Origin: Octopus bimaculoides
Taxonomy: Eukaryota
Assembly: GCF_001194135.2 (NCBI RefSeq)
Contig: NC_068982.1
Coordinates: 9,792,820-9,856,819, forward strand
Length of the DNA: 64,000 nucleotides
Direction of reading: 5' to 3'
The notes under the pieces were generated by a model. The model had not been told where the DNA came from. It ran no database searches and saw nothing but the letters and a program-made list of their open reading frames with translations. The position numbers and the translations under genes are program-made. This document shows, one piece after another, positions 1-13,910 of this stretch (position 1 is the first letter of the stretch; every line of letters starts with the position of its first letter).

Positions 1-412
1 CATTTTTTTTTTTTTCTTTTTTTTGCTTTCAGTTTTACTCAAATTAGTTTTAGAACTGATTGTTTTTAACTTGGAAAATAATATCCACTTGCTAAACAAT
101 TTCAGTTTACATGACCTTGTGGGGGATTTTCTGCTCTCTTCATTTGCTCTGACTTCATCTATCATTGTTTTGTCAATGTATACCTATTTGTTAATTTGAA
201 TTAGTTCTTAGAAGTAATCAAGTTTAGCATATCATTTTATATTGAAATTAGTTTGACTGCTTTTATTTGAAAATCTTCCCATAAAATCTAACATTGATGA
301 CATGCAGTACTCCATATTTTCCTATTTGATCTTGTATTTCATTGCCTTAGAGTATAATAAGAAATATATAGTTTTTGCCCATCACTGAAAAAAAAAAGAG
401 TATTTTCTTCAT

Positions 413-655
413 TCAAAGAATACCATTAGCTTTCCTTAATTCACTATATTTGGTAAAGTTTAAATCCTTATCAAATAACCACAGTAATACCCTTCTCACC
501 TTCAAAATCTTATTTACACTAATTATCTTGGAAAATAGATTATCACAATATCTGGTTTCTCCTACCACATAACATTTATCACATTTTGCACAGCTGATAA
601 TTGTCTTATTCCCATTATGTGCACCAAATAGATCAGAATATGTAATTTTCAACAA
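413..655 (-). pseudogene. Possible Penelope-like GIY-YIG endonuclease relic
   Basis: The ORF contains ISCAKCDKCYVVGETR, like the PLE motif I.C..C...Y(I/V)GET.R; the rest is not recognisable. Confidence 0.25.
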
Positions 656-1164
656 ACATGTATAGAATTTTAGTAAGGATTCTGTTTCATTAACTATAAA
701 ATTTCATACACAATTTGTGTTGCAACTGCCAAAAGAAATAGTAAAGAGATTTTAAAGATGAATCAATAGATATGAACTTAGGTCATATTTGATCATGATT
801 GATTCTGCTTTACAAGTGATAACAATCTCAAAGTAAATTAACAAACTGTAAAACTGCAATAATTTAGAAAATTCAAGGAATTATTCCATTACAATACTTT
901 GTATAGCAATTTTTATTAATATTATGTCTACTTTATATCATTACTGACAGTTTGATGTATTATATTAAGAATGCAGGAATACATTTTCAAACTTAATATT
1001 ACCAAGAGAAGATTCTGTTATTTAGAATATTATTCTACCTTGTAGTGAATAAATCTTTACTTAAAAGAAAGATGTCTAATGATTCTTAGACAAGAATATA
1101 TTAACAAATATGTTTTCTGCAATTTATAATTTGGTAATTTTGTATTTTCAATTGTATGGCAGAT

Positions 1165-1633
1165 ACATTATTTACATTTGACGGATATTTGTCCTCATCT
1201 TGTTTGTTGTTAACACAACGTTTCAGCTGATATACCCTCCAGCCTTCATCATGTGTTTTGGGGAAATTTTGAACCTGGGTTCTCATTCCTAAGGTAGTTT
1301 TTGATGTTATTATAATTATTCAAGTTACTGCCTGGAATCGAACTCAGAATCTTGGGGTTAGTAGCCCACACTCTTAACCATTACCTAATATGCCTGTGGG
1401 CATATGGAATTAACAGCATGGGCTACTAATCTCAAGATTTGGAGTTCAATTCCAGATAGTGACCTGAATAATATCAAAAAATACCTTAGGAAAGAAAACC
1501 CAGGTTTGAAATTTCCCCAAGACACCTGATGAAGGCTGGAGGGTATATCAACCGAAACGTGTTAACAACAAACAAGATGAGGACAAATGTCCATCAAATG
1601 TAAATAATTCCTCATCTCTCAAATATATAACTG
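1165..1633. mobile_element. Palindromic tRNA-head/hammerhead retroposon (family F1), both arms present
   Basis: A minus arm and a plus arm meet head-to-head at ATATGCC-TGTG-GGCATAT (1388-1405). The arms carry a tRNA-like head (B box GAGTTCGATTCC intact in the minus arm, A box degraded), a linker and an HHR-like core. Flanking direct repeat TGTATGGCAGAT/TGTATGACAGAT (1153-1164, 1634-1645). Confidence 0.85.
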
Positions 1634-2039
1634 TGTATGACAGATGTAATGAAAGAGGATTTAATGATTTATAATTCTGCATACATACATGCTATATATG
1701 TTACATAAGATAATGTAAATCTATGGAAAATAGTAAGTATATATTCTTGGGGTTTTATTCATGCCCATCTTATGGCATTGAGCTTGTCACCAATCATTAA
1801 TGAGGTAGGAATGCATAACAGAATATACGTGATACTAGACTTAAAATTTTACTTTAAAATTTCATCAGTTTTATTGTTGTCATTCTTCCTTCCATATATG
1901 ATGAAAGAAATACCAACAATATTTTCAAATCTATCTACTTTATGCACTTCAGCACAAAACTCTATACTGGAACCAGTCAAAGGCAATTTTTTTTTAAAAG
2001 TAGGGATTACTTTAAATTAATTAAGGATAGAATAAGATA

Positions 2040-2640
2040 ATCATTTAACGTCCATTGTCCATGCTGGCATAAGTTGAATGGTTTGACCAAGACTGGAAAG
2101 CTGCACCAGACTCCAGTCTGATTTGGCATGGTTTTCTATGGCTGGATGCCCTTCCTAATGCCAACCACTCCAAGAGTGTAATGGGTGCTTTTATGTGCCA
2201 CTCACATGGGTGCCATTTGCATGACACCAGTATCTGCCATGACTGCAATCTTGCTTGGCTTGATGGGTCTTCTTAAGCACAACATAATGCCAAAGGTCTT
2301 ACTCAGTGCCTCCATGTGGCCCAATGCTCAAAAGCAACTCAGCCACTTTGCTCTCATGGGGCCCAACAGTCGAAAGAAACTCAGCCCCTTTGCCTCTATG
2401 AAGCCCAATGCTTGAAAGGAACTCAGCCACTTTGCCTTTGTAAGACCCAACACTTGAAAGGTGCTCTTTATGCACTACCAGGACAGGTGCCACTTACATG
2501 ATGCCAGCATCAGTCACAACTATGATTTTACTTGGCTTGATGGGTCTTCTCAAGCACAGCATATAACCAAAGATCTTGGTCATTGGTTATTGCCTCTCAC
2601 AGAGGTGGTGTAGCATGATCTTCGAACTTTTCATGTCTTA
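2040..2640 (-). mobile_element. RTE-clade LINE 3' end (3'UTR) with internal ~42-bp repeats
   Basis: Begins with the reverse complement of the tail CATGCCAGCATGGA...GACGTTAAATGA and is homologous to 18512-19120. Confidence 0.7.
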
Positions 2641-5600
2641 AATATAATGACATTTAAAAAACTGAAGTCCTGCTTCATTTAGTTGATAACAATAATACAT
2701 GTTCAAAGAGGATATAGAAGTAATGTCTTTAGTTATTATAAATTTGATATGTACCACTTTCATTTGGAAAAGGGTTAAAATAATATATATCATATTTAGT
2801 AAATATGAGTAACAGTATTAAATTCTAACAAATACTTTCAACTCAACATTACAATTTCATTAAAATAAAAACAAAAATATTTTAGCTGTCCATTTACATA
2901 AACCTGTTTTTTTTATGTCGTATCTTTATGGAAGACTAGGAAATTATATTCCATTCTATTTCTAAAGAATATGTTTTAAACAAGACTACAACTAAATTAA
3001 TTTAATAAAAACATTTTGACAACCATTCCAAAAATAACAATATACAAAACACTTTAATACAAATTTAAAAGTTAATTCTATTTTAAATATATATTAAATG
3101 ATAACTATTTTTCCAAGGATGAACATTTATAATGCTATTTTCTGTCTCAAAAATTCTGACTTCCTTGACAATTAGATCATATAGATTAGATCATAAAGGT
3201 GAGAAATAATATTTTTTAATATGGAAAGGAATTATGAACTCTGATTTGATAAAAATTTACCAAAACTAATAAAATACCCATTAAATGAATATAATATAAT
3301 ATTTTTGCATAAACTTATTTAAAATTTGATTATAAGGTTTTGGGAGAAATATCTCTAAACTGATCTCATTACATTATTTCTTATATATTTTATTAAATAA
3401 TATTTTTCTCAAACATAATCTGCTGATTTCTTATTTAAAGTTAATGTACCAGATTTACAATAAAGGAAATTGCATGATGCATGTTTTCTTAAAGAGCCAT
3501 TACAGAATAAAGTGCATTCAATTGAAGAATCAGATTGCCAACTTGGCCCACCAAAAGCATTCTTTTTGCACATTTTTGGTGGGCTATTGGAGGGTACTGT
3601 ATACATTGCTTCCTGAGAAGATCCAATCCTGGAATTCTTCCAAAATACATAATACTGTCTAGCAGATCTAATGCTTCACTAATATGCTTTCTCATACTTT
3701 CTTATTCTACTGGAAGTGTTAATTGTGTTGGCTAAGATACAAAACAGTGATAATTATTATTAAATATAACCTCATCATTCTTCATTTGATTAGCTGCTTT
3801 AATCACTTGATGATTGCATATCTTTTTCAGTGCATTTGTGATTGTTTCCCTTTGTTTAGTTCTAATAGTGCCAAGGTAAGTTCTAAGTAAATTAAGTTTA
3901 TATTATAATTTTAATATTCACTCAGAACCACTTCCATTAAATCATAATTGATTTTGCATCTGGTAAACACATTCAGTGAAGATTACATTTTTATTCCTAA
4001 TAACAACTTATCTACAACTACAAGTCAACTCCACAGATTCACTCTTAATGTGAATTTATACATCGCAGCAAAGAGATAGTATTTATATTGTGAACTAATT
4101 ATATTAAGTCTTGATTCAGTAACTTATTCATAGCTTCGGGCAGTAAATTAGCAGTGTCATTAGGTCAGTGGCTGAAATGGCTTACAGTATTTGTCCTGGC
4201 ACTTTGGTCCCTGATTTCACCTTTACATTTCATTCCTCTAAGGTCAATAGTACAAATCAAGCAGTGGGGTTCAATTATCCACCCACCCCCTCCCACTCCC
4301 TATCTTTCTCTTGGAATTAGCTATGTTGTGCTGTAAGAGATCACAGGAGACTACTCACAATGACACCTTCCCCAGGAGGGTGAGGAGGACTACCAATCTC
4401 TTCTCACAGGAAAACTAATATATTACTGAAGTCATCGGAAGATGTCCTGATGTCTAGCACAGCATGGAACAGACATAAATAAAAATGTATTTTTCAGCTA
4501 AATAGAGATTTGAATGAACAGGTTTAAAACTAAAGTCTAAAATATTGATTTGTTCTCTTGTGAAAAACCTATTTAAATTGTTAATGTATTTTATCTGTTT
4601 ATATTATAACCTGAATTCAATTTAATATTAGCCTATTTTTATGTTTTTGTTTGGTTTTCAATTTAAGATTAATTATTAATCCAATACAGTATGTTGTACC
4701 ATTTCATTAACCATTGATCTCTTTGGCTAAATGCCTAAATGTTTCATCTCTAAAGATATTATCAGTCTGATTAAAATTAAAACACCCCCTTTTTTTTTGC
4801 TATCTTTCTTTCTTTCTTCCTTCTTATTCACCCATAAATTTTATATTCTAAATTTTCTCTTGCAAAATTATGCCTAAATTATGCAATGAAAATTATTTAC
4901 ATTTCAGCTAATTTTCTGTACAAAATTTCAAATTCAATATTCAAGTAATATTTACGTAAGGTTACCTTACAATATTTTGAAAATAAGTTTTCCAGCTTAT
5001 CATTCCTGTATAAAAAGTTTAATTAAATGATCATTTGAGATACTTTAACTCAAAAATTGTAATAAACAGAAATAACATTCTTATCAACTGAAAAACAGCT
5101 TACTTTGTTTTCTTTTCTTTTTTCCACACTTTTCTAAGTTACTGACTATAATAACTTGTTCAAAAATTAGAATAAGTCAAATTGATGGTCTGAATATAAA
5201 ATTCCACATAATTATTTGTTTAAATTGAATTGTCGTTGTTATTGCTGAGATTATTTTAGCTAATCAGATGCTAGTTTTAATAATTAGATCCATGCTAACT
5301 TTATTGCTTTTTGACATGCAAAGAGTGACAAAACCGTTTGTTGTGAAGGGTTAAGTCTTTAAATGGAGTCAGATTAATTTTCTTCCTTTTTTTTTTTTTT
5401 TTTTTTTTTTTTTGTCATTTGAAAATTATTCATGCACACATGCACGCAACTGTTTAAGCACTCACTAAAAACACCAAAATATTTTCAATTCTATATTTCA
5501 ATTTTCCATTCTTTAAATACTTTCTATTCATTAAGAGATAATTGGCAGCATTACTTATATTTGCATATGAATAAATGAGATAACTACCTTGAAACCATTA

Positions 5601-6404
5601 AAAATATATAAATCTGAAGTTGGCTTATGACAGAATGTTTCTTGTATATTGTAATGTAGCATGCTGATAATTTATTGTCAAATATAATTCACTCCCAGGT
5701 TTTGATTTCCACTTTTATTTACACTCCTATGGTGTTATAGTGTTATTTGTTTCTATATATTTCGGATTTAAGCCAATGAACTACAAATCTTTATATTCAC
5801 ATAATAACTTCAAAGGATAGTTTAGTTTCTCTGTTTATCTAACACAAATGGATAAGTTCTACAAAACAGGTTTATATTATATAACGATATCATCTATGTT
5901 ATTCAATGCGTTATGCTCATATATGGTACACGAGGGTGGTTGAAGGAGCAAAGGCGTGTCAATGACTGAAGGAAGTTCCCAAATTTGTCGTTGGGTAGCT
6001 GAAGCAATTGATAATAAATGTTTTCACAATGGATTGTAATGTGCAATTTCATTTCTCTCGGTTCAGTTCAAATCAAATCAAATCAACATCTTCGAGAATG
6101 ATACAAGAACACCAATACGGTTCCGAATTAATTCAAGAAACCATATCAAACCATCAGAAAGGAATGCATTCTAGCAGCCTAATTTGCAAAGATACACTAC
6201 CAGAAAATAATGACTGCCATGATACCTACATGACCTAATTAAGCAGACATTTGAAGTAACAATATATATTTTGGAATGCTTAATGGGATAACACTATTCA
6301 CTAGACCTTATTAAACTCTTCCACTATTCATTGTTTCGTATCATCACTATCAAAATATCAATTGAATAATTTTACCCATTAACAAATTTGAGCATTTTCT
6401 ATTG

Positions 6405-6583
6405 TCATTGATTCTTTTATCATTTTACTTGTTCCAGTCATTTGATGGAAGCTATGCTGGAGCATCGCCTTTAGTTGAGCAAATTGACCCCAGAGCTTAT
6501 TCTTTGTAAGCCTAGTACTTGTTCTATCACTCTCTTGCTGAACCACTAAGTTACGGGGGACAAACACACACACAAACATATAC

Positions 6584-6627
<44 letters not shown>

Positions 6628-6785
6628 CAGGCCTCTTCCAGTTTCTATCTACCAAATCCACTCACAAGGCTTTGGTTGGCCCGAGGCTATAGTAGAAGAC
6701 ACCTGCCCAAGGTGCCACGCAGTGGGATTGAACCCAGGACCATGTGGTCAGTAAGCAAGCTACTTACCATACAGCCACTCCTGCA
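6405..6785 (-). mobile_element. tRNA-derived SINE family S2 with internal (TA/CA)n
   Basis: The minus strand starts GCAGGAGTGGCTGTATGGTAAGTAGC...GGGTTCAATCCC (A/B boxes); the body matches 17440-17600. Confidence 0.8.
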
Positions 6786-8318
6786 CCATACAGCACTCAG
6801 CTCAATGACTCAAACCAGTAAAAGGTAAAAACGGGAAACTTGTCTCCGTAAATATGAATATAGAGTAACGTGCATCCAACATTTTATTCATTTAGCTATG
6901 ATCTTAGTATGGATGTTGTTTGGTGCCAAGTTTTCAACTAGGCACCAGCATTTTGAAATTAGAATATGTTTAACAAACTACATGAAGACATATTCTAGTT
7001 TGGAAAAGCTCATCCTTCAACAAGCTGTTGACTATACCTCAGACTTGGTCAGGGATAATGGTTCCAGTTGCACATTACAATAACCTTATGCTCTCACTAC
7101 TGATCAGCAATCAGAACTCTTTGCATGCATCTATTTAGCAATGTGTCTTAAAATAGAATTCCTGTTTTAAAATAACCGTCACTAAATACAACTTTTTCTT
7201 AGAACCAGCTTCCTCTTGAACCATGTATATTTTTTTTTGCATCAGATGTAACATTCACCTGAATTATATTTTACCAAAAGCAATGTTCTTTACCATTATA
7301 ATTAATGGATTTTTTTCCACACACAACTGCTTTTAGCAAGAATAACTTTTGACAGAATCAGTTTCTATAATCCAATCGATATTTCTTAGAGATATATTTC
7401 ATTTGAATAATGGTTCATCAAAGTAATCTTTAAATCTGAAGGCTACAATTAAATTCATTTAATGAAGTGGCAGTGTATTTTTAGCACACTAGTTCTATTC
7501 ACTATATCTAATTAAACTTCCCTTACTTTATAGTTTTCTATCATCCCATTTTGAAAAATTTTCTTATCAATAAAGTTCTTAATCCATTGATGAACTTCTG
7601 CCTTTACATATTTTTGTTATTGCTGCACCTAATATATTCTTTCCTTCTACAAACTTATTTATTTCATTTTATTTACTATTCAAAATTATCCATGATATCT
7701 TCAGTTCTCTTACTTGCCAATTATATTCTCCTGTTTGTTGCCAAATCTGCTATTAACTAACATATCGAATAGATTTGATTCATTCAATAATTGCATCATT
7801 ATAGAACTTGATACATTTCCACATAGCTGCCAATATTTTCCCTCTTTTGAAAGTAGTTGAAATTCTCACTCTTCACAACTGCAACAGCAATACTCAGATT
7901 TCATATTTACTAAGAAGGGGAAATAGAAAAAGCATGGCAACCTTATTTCAATATTAAAATTGAAAATTTCTTCCATTAAGCTTTAATCCCCTATTTGATT
8001 CAAATGGCCCCTAGTTTATCTGAATACTTACTAGGTCTTTTTTATTTGAAAGTTGTATAGATAATTAATTTTATAACTATTATTCACTTTATCCCAAATT
8101 TCTAAATTCATAGAAAATTTATATTATATATTACTTTATATATTACATTTTTCTTTACTAACTATATCATCGTTTTTATTTTATTTTTGACCCACTATGG
8201 ATTCAAAGCTAACAATAGATAATAATGATAAATTTGGTGAGATTATATTGGTTCTTATCCAAATTTTTATATCAATTTGTAGTTCACCATTTTACAATAT
8301 CATAAGTTTTTAAATATT

Positions 8319-8533
8319 TGTTTCTACTCTAGGCATAAGGCCCAAAATTTTGGGGGATGGAGCCCAGTCAATTAGATCAACACTAGTACACAACTGGTAC
8401 TTAATTTATCGACCCCGAAAGGATGAAAGGCAAGTCAGCCTCAGCTGAATTTGAACTCAGAACATAATGACAGATGATATACTGCTAAGCATTTCGCCCA
8501 ACATGCTAACGTTTCTGCTAGCTCGCTGCCTTG
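8319..8533 (-). mobile_element. tRNA-derived SINE family S1
   Basis: The minus strand reads GGCAGCGAGCTAGCAGAA...GAGTTCAAATTC; 16-bp TSD TAAGTTTTTAAATATT (8303-8318, 8534-8549). Confidence 0.85.
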
Positions 8534-11500
8534 TAAGTTTTTAAATATTAAGACAATAATATGAGTAGAAATACAAATTAATTGATGCATTCTACAGATT
8601 AAACTGAAATTACTATCATTTTAAAGTGCAACAGTAGTAGTATTTTCACACTATTCTTTATGATGTATGTATTGAAATGAATGTAGCCAAGTTCAATGAA
8701 CAGTGTTTAAAATAGAACAAGTTCATTCAAGTCAAATTTGAAATCTTTGATATTCAAGTTAATATATAGTTATAAAGCCTTTATTCTTATCAACTGTGAA
8801 ACATAAATTTACATAAAAGTGGTGGCAAGTATAATAACAGCTAAGATTTAAGTAACTATTCTGCTTAATGTTGAAATCCTGAATGTACATTAAATTTTAT
8901 TTGATATTAGAAATACCACTACCCTATTCTTGTCATTACTGGTGTTGCCTTAGTTGCATCTATCAATATTGATTTGTTTTAGCTAAGCATAGGAATAATT
9001 ATAAATGGAAAATGTATAATAGACTGTGTCCCTGAAGTGTATTATGGGTATTCATTTTATCAATTCCTGAGAATTTGAAAGACAAAGTCAACTTTAATTT
9101 TAAGTACAGAGCAGTAAAAATAGTGTTTTACTTTGTAAATTGCTTCTTATTTTAACAGCTTTATTTTTATTACTACAGTAATAATATACACTTGATTTTA
9201 TTTTCTTCACCAGAAGAATTTATTGTTTAAATATTTAATCTATTATCTTTCATAATATTGAAAATAAAATTTGTTTTCAATGAAGAATTTATGACATAAA
9301 AAAAAATCATGATATTTCTAAGATAATAAAATAACTAGTTTGTATTTTCTTTTAGTTATTTCATTGTTATTAGTTTCATTAAAATACCTCCTGTTTGCTT
9401 TGAAAGGTTTTCTAGAAACTATATTTGTCTTATTCCTATTGGTGAAGGGGTAGGCAAATTAAATTGCCTCCACTATATTCAGGTGTTTACTTTACTATGG
9501 AAAGATTCCATAGTTGATAAAACTAAGAATATAAAGAAATATCTAAAAACAATATTAACATACTTCACTTTCTATTATTTGCCATCTAAACAACAACAAC
9601 AAAATTAATAACTGACATGGCATTACTATACTTCTATAAAAAATATTATTGAGAATTGAACCCACCACAAATAAATAAGTATAATGATTGTAATCATATT
9701 TGAAAGATGATATTTAATGATAAGTCTGGTAGTATTTGAACTCAGAATGTAGCAGATATTGTTAGTTCTATACCATTATTGTATTTGCCACCTTCATATG
9801 TCTAGTAATAGTTAACACTTCAATAAATTAGCTTTTTAATCAATTAAGTGTTTTATAGCAATATTTAAAAATTAGTGTTATATATTTTTTCAGAAGAATC
9901 AGAGAAATCAATTTGAAATAATGTTTATAATGACTTCTTGAGTTAAAAGCTTGAGACTTGCTAGAATAGTTTGTGGCAGCAATATTTGTTGGGTTATAAG
10001 AAGTCAACTAAAACAAAAATGTTATTCATCAATGAATCACTAAAGGCAGTTATTAATAACATAGTACTCAATCCAAACAATATATCTAAAATGAAAATTT
10101 ATAATGTTAGCAAGCAAAGGAAATGGAAACAAAATCATCAAAATGAATATATTTGCAGAAATCAAAATTCAAGCCATGCTTTTAGTGCTGAATGTATGTA
10201 TGTATATATATATATATATAGATATTTGATATATTGATATGTATTGCTATATCAGAGATATAATTCGCAGCATTATTAGGTCATTGGTGTTATTTACAAG
10301 AGAGGTGAAAATAATTTTGTAATTTCGTGAGAAGTTGGTCACTCATATGCGTTCACTTATCATAAATTAATGACACTGTTGCATGAACATTCACTACAAC
10401 TCCATTAAATAATAGTTGGTTAAAGACTGACATATTTAGATCCAGTTTTACCAGCAAAACCTTTGCCCTGATATTTACCTAATTTGGAATATTCCCAATA
10501 TACTTTCATTAGATTCTAATTGTGTGACAGCTTTCTTTTCACTATTGCAATGGGTTTATCTAGATATTTTAAATATTCTATAAATGGTTTTCTAAAGCAC
10601 TCAAAGTAAATACATGGAATATACTGAATTACAGTAGAAATTAAAAATTTTCATTGATATAAAAAATTATTTGAAGTTAACTGTAACACCAAAATGTTGA
10701 AAGCTGATAATAAGTAAAATGAAAATTGCCACTTTGATATACAAATGTATTCTCAGACAATCATCATCAGCTATTGGATTTACTAAAAGTAAATATATTT
10801 CTATTATCTCAATCATTTGATATTTAATAAAATAAATGTGTGAGAACCATCAAGATGGCTTAGTTCTTCACGTAAATGAAGACAGAAGATTTAGATGTTT
10901 GCCATGAATGATATGTAGTTGTATAAAATGAGAATCTTCAATTTAAGTAAATGGCAAAATGTGGATTACTGTGATCAAGATTTAAAAACTGACAAAGAAT
11001 CAATAGCCAGAAGTTCTTGTCTTTCTTTGCAATGCTACTTAAAAAGTCCTAATGCAAGTTAGTTGGTGTGCTTTAACACACACATACACACACATTGTGT
11101 GTGTCTGCATTAGTGGACATAAGTATATTTATGAAAAGAAATAAGCTTTCCAATGAATTGCACATTACATTATGCTAAAAATATCAAATAAAATCAGATA
11201 TAAACAATACAATACTACATTCACTATAAAATATAAAGCAAAATTAAATTAATGGACCATACATTTCGTGCTTATACTTACAATGCATTTGTGATAGAAA
11301 ATATCATTGAAAATATTAAGATAATTCCAGATATAATGTGGGCAGAAGTGTACATATATAATAACATGCATACATCACTGCTACTGTTTTTTTTAAACAG
11401 CGTGAACATGTAAAAGTGTATTCTGGTGTGCACAAACACATTGAGAAGTGTAAATCATAAGCGTGAATCTAATGATGCATTTTTTTTTTAAATAAAATCT

Positions 11501-13079
11501 CCTTGGAAGAAATACTGATAGAAATTCCAAATTTTTCATTTATTTGAAAAATACTTTTTGCTATTAATCCGATTAATTTCTTTTTTAAATTATATATATA
11601 TTTTTTTAATAGATTGATGGCAATAAATTGCAACAACTGCTTGAAGACAAAAACATAATTATTTCTATGTAAAATTCTAACATACCACCTACATTAAAAC
11701 ATTCGATAATAAGTGTATTTCAATTACTTTTTCAAGTTTTAGGCATATTATAAGAGGAACTTAATTGGAGAAAAAATTTTTAAAAAAACGATTGAAAGTA
11801 ATCCCCTTTAGGAACATAACTCTATTATTTTCAGGATGTTTTTCTTATACACTACTTTTTTAATGAACCTCAACAAAAATTGTATAAATAATAATACGGA
11901 ATGCTAGGTTGGAATTCTTATCAATTTAACAAATATTCTAAAAATGTGTTCCTGAAAAAAATTTAAAATATTGGCAAAATTTTTTCTTAACACATGGTAT
12001 TTCTAAAGAAGAAAGAAAATAATTTATCTACATTGATTCAGATTGTTTACATCTAATTTTTCAACTATTTATTTTTGCTAAGCGCTACTGTACAAGATGG
12101 TACTTGAAATTTAATAGGTGCTATTAGCTTAAAATTTTCTATGTTTTTAATTCTTAATAATACATATGGTGCTGATGTATACATAGAATATCTTCATTTC
12201 AATTTGAGCAAACCTTTCCTTATGTAAGGATTCCTGCCACAGCAAATCAAATCAAAATTAAAAGCCATGAGAAATTACTATTATCAAATCCAAATCAAAC
12301 AAAGAGCTGAGCACAGAAGACAATTACTTCCCTCACGAAACAATTCAGATAGCTGTACCATTGAGAGCATACAGAAATCATGCCAAATATCTGAAACTAC
12401 ATTTCTTAAACACCATATTAATTCAATATAAATGTGAAGTAGCTTATAGATTTTCAGTTTCCTACTTTAAAATGTTTTCATTAGAATAAACTTGTTTCCA
12501 AGATAAATAGGAACTAAACAAAAATTTAATTTTTGAATTTATCTATTATTGTTAAAATGAAATGATCCAGAAGTTTCTTATAGTGGAATCATGGATTCAG
12601 TTTAATAATTAACTACAATATCTAAAAACTAAAAGTCACTGTTTTTCATCTTTATAATTAAGAAATTTCAAGATGTTTCAATTGGAAATCTATTTGAATC
12701 GTCAATATAATCCTTGAAGTTTTTTTAAATTGCATTTCAATTAGTCATTAACTTTAAAATATTTCATATATTGTAAAGCAAACTTCTTCTGTTTGGAGAC
12801 ATCACAGCATAAAATTTATCTATTGTAAAAATTTAGCAGATAGTTTTTAGTAAAGAAATTAAGTCATAATCTGATGACTTATAAGATATACTGAATTGCA
12901 TGTAATCAAAAACGCATCGTTGAAATTACAGGAGTTGTTAATTATAACAACTTAATGAGAAAAAAATTTAACTCCCAGAATGCACTAAGATTTTTAAAGT
13001 AGAATTTAACAATTCTGAAACTAGCAATATGAAGTAGAAACTCTTATCAACTGTCCTATCCACATGACTCTTACTTTCT

Positions 13080-13183
13080 TTCTTTCTTTTTCTCTCTCTC
13101 TCTCTCTCTCACTGTTGATGTAATAAACATATAAAACACACACAAATATATATATATAAATATATATATATACACACATATAT

Positions 13184-13254
<71 letters not shown>

Positions 13255-13290
13255 GACACATATATATATTTATATATATATATATAAAGA
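13080..13290. repeat. Compound (CT)n/(CA)n/(TA)n microsatellite
   Basis: Direct reading. Confidence 0.95.
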
Positions 13291-13505
13291 ATTAATGGCA
13301 GTTGATATGGAATTTATATGAAGAAATCACATAAGTCAAAATATCTACCCTCATAATAACGACAAAGGCAAAATAAGAAACAAATAATTCTAACTAGAAT
13401 TATTAAAACATAATAACCAAATCGATATGCATCTAAGATACTGTGAAAAAAAGGTTGAATCCAATTACAGTTTTCTGAAACTAATTGAAGTATTTTAAGA
13501 GAAAT

Positions 13506-13896
13506 CTGGGAAAGAAAAAAATGGCTAACAATTCCTAAGCAAGAAACTTAGCCTCATTCTCATAATTTTAATTCGAGGATTGTATAAGTTGGCTTGCTAA
13601 GACATGGAGATGGCCTTTTCAGTACTGAATTGGAATTTCATAAGTAGTGTACAATACAGATAAATATAATAGACTTATGCAAATAATACTTTTTCAAAGA
13701 AAGAATGCAAAATCCACTACAAAAAAATATGTATGGAATGACAATAACTACAATCTGCTTATGAATATCTCTATAACTAGGTTCATAAAATTAAGTCATA
13801 ATGAGCATTTACTACGTTAGGGGATGCTGTTGGCTACAGTATTAACATGCACTACAACACACAGTCTGTTGATGACTGACTGATTTCAGCACTTAC
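13506..13896 (-). other. Candidate 3'-UTR intron of the CaaX-exon gene
   Basis: Consensus donor CT|gtaagt 14 nt after the stop (GT at 13896-13895). Nearest strong acceptor is tttttttctttcccag| (AG at 13507-13506); an alternative is ctttttttcacag| at 13442-13441. Confidence 0.5.
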
Positions 13897-13910
13897 AGAT
13901 TGGCTCACAT

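Noticed and set aside
3409-3735. Overlapping ORFs including LDLLDSIMYFGRIPGL
   Set aside because: Stops in all frames with only a faint resemblance to the CR1 KRIPGL region; too weak to annotate.
3831-3875. Plus-strand 45-nt exon-like unit (tttttcag|...AAG|gtaagt; AFVIVSLCLVLIVP or CICDCFPLFSSNSAK)
   Set aside because: Good splice signals but no compatible partner exons identified; such pairs arise by chance in 64 kb of AT-rich DNA. It cannot be excluded without RNA-seq.
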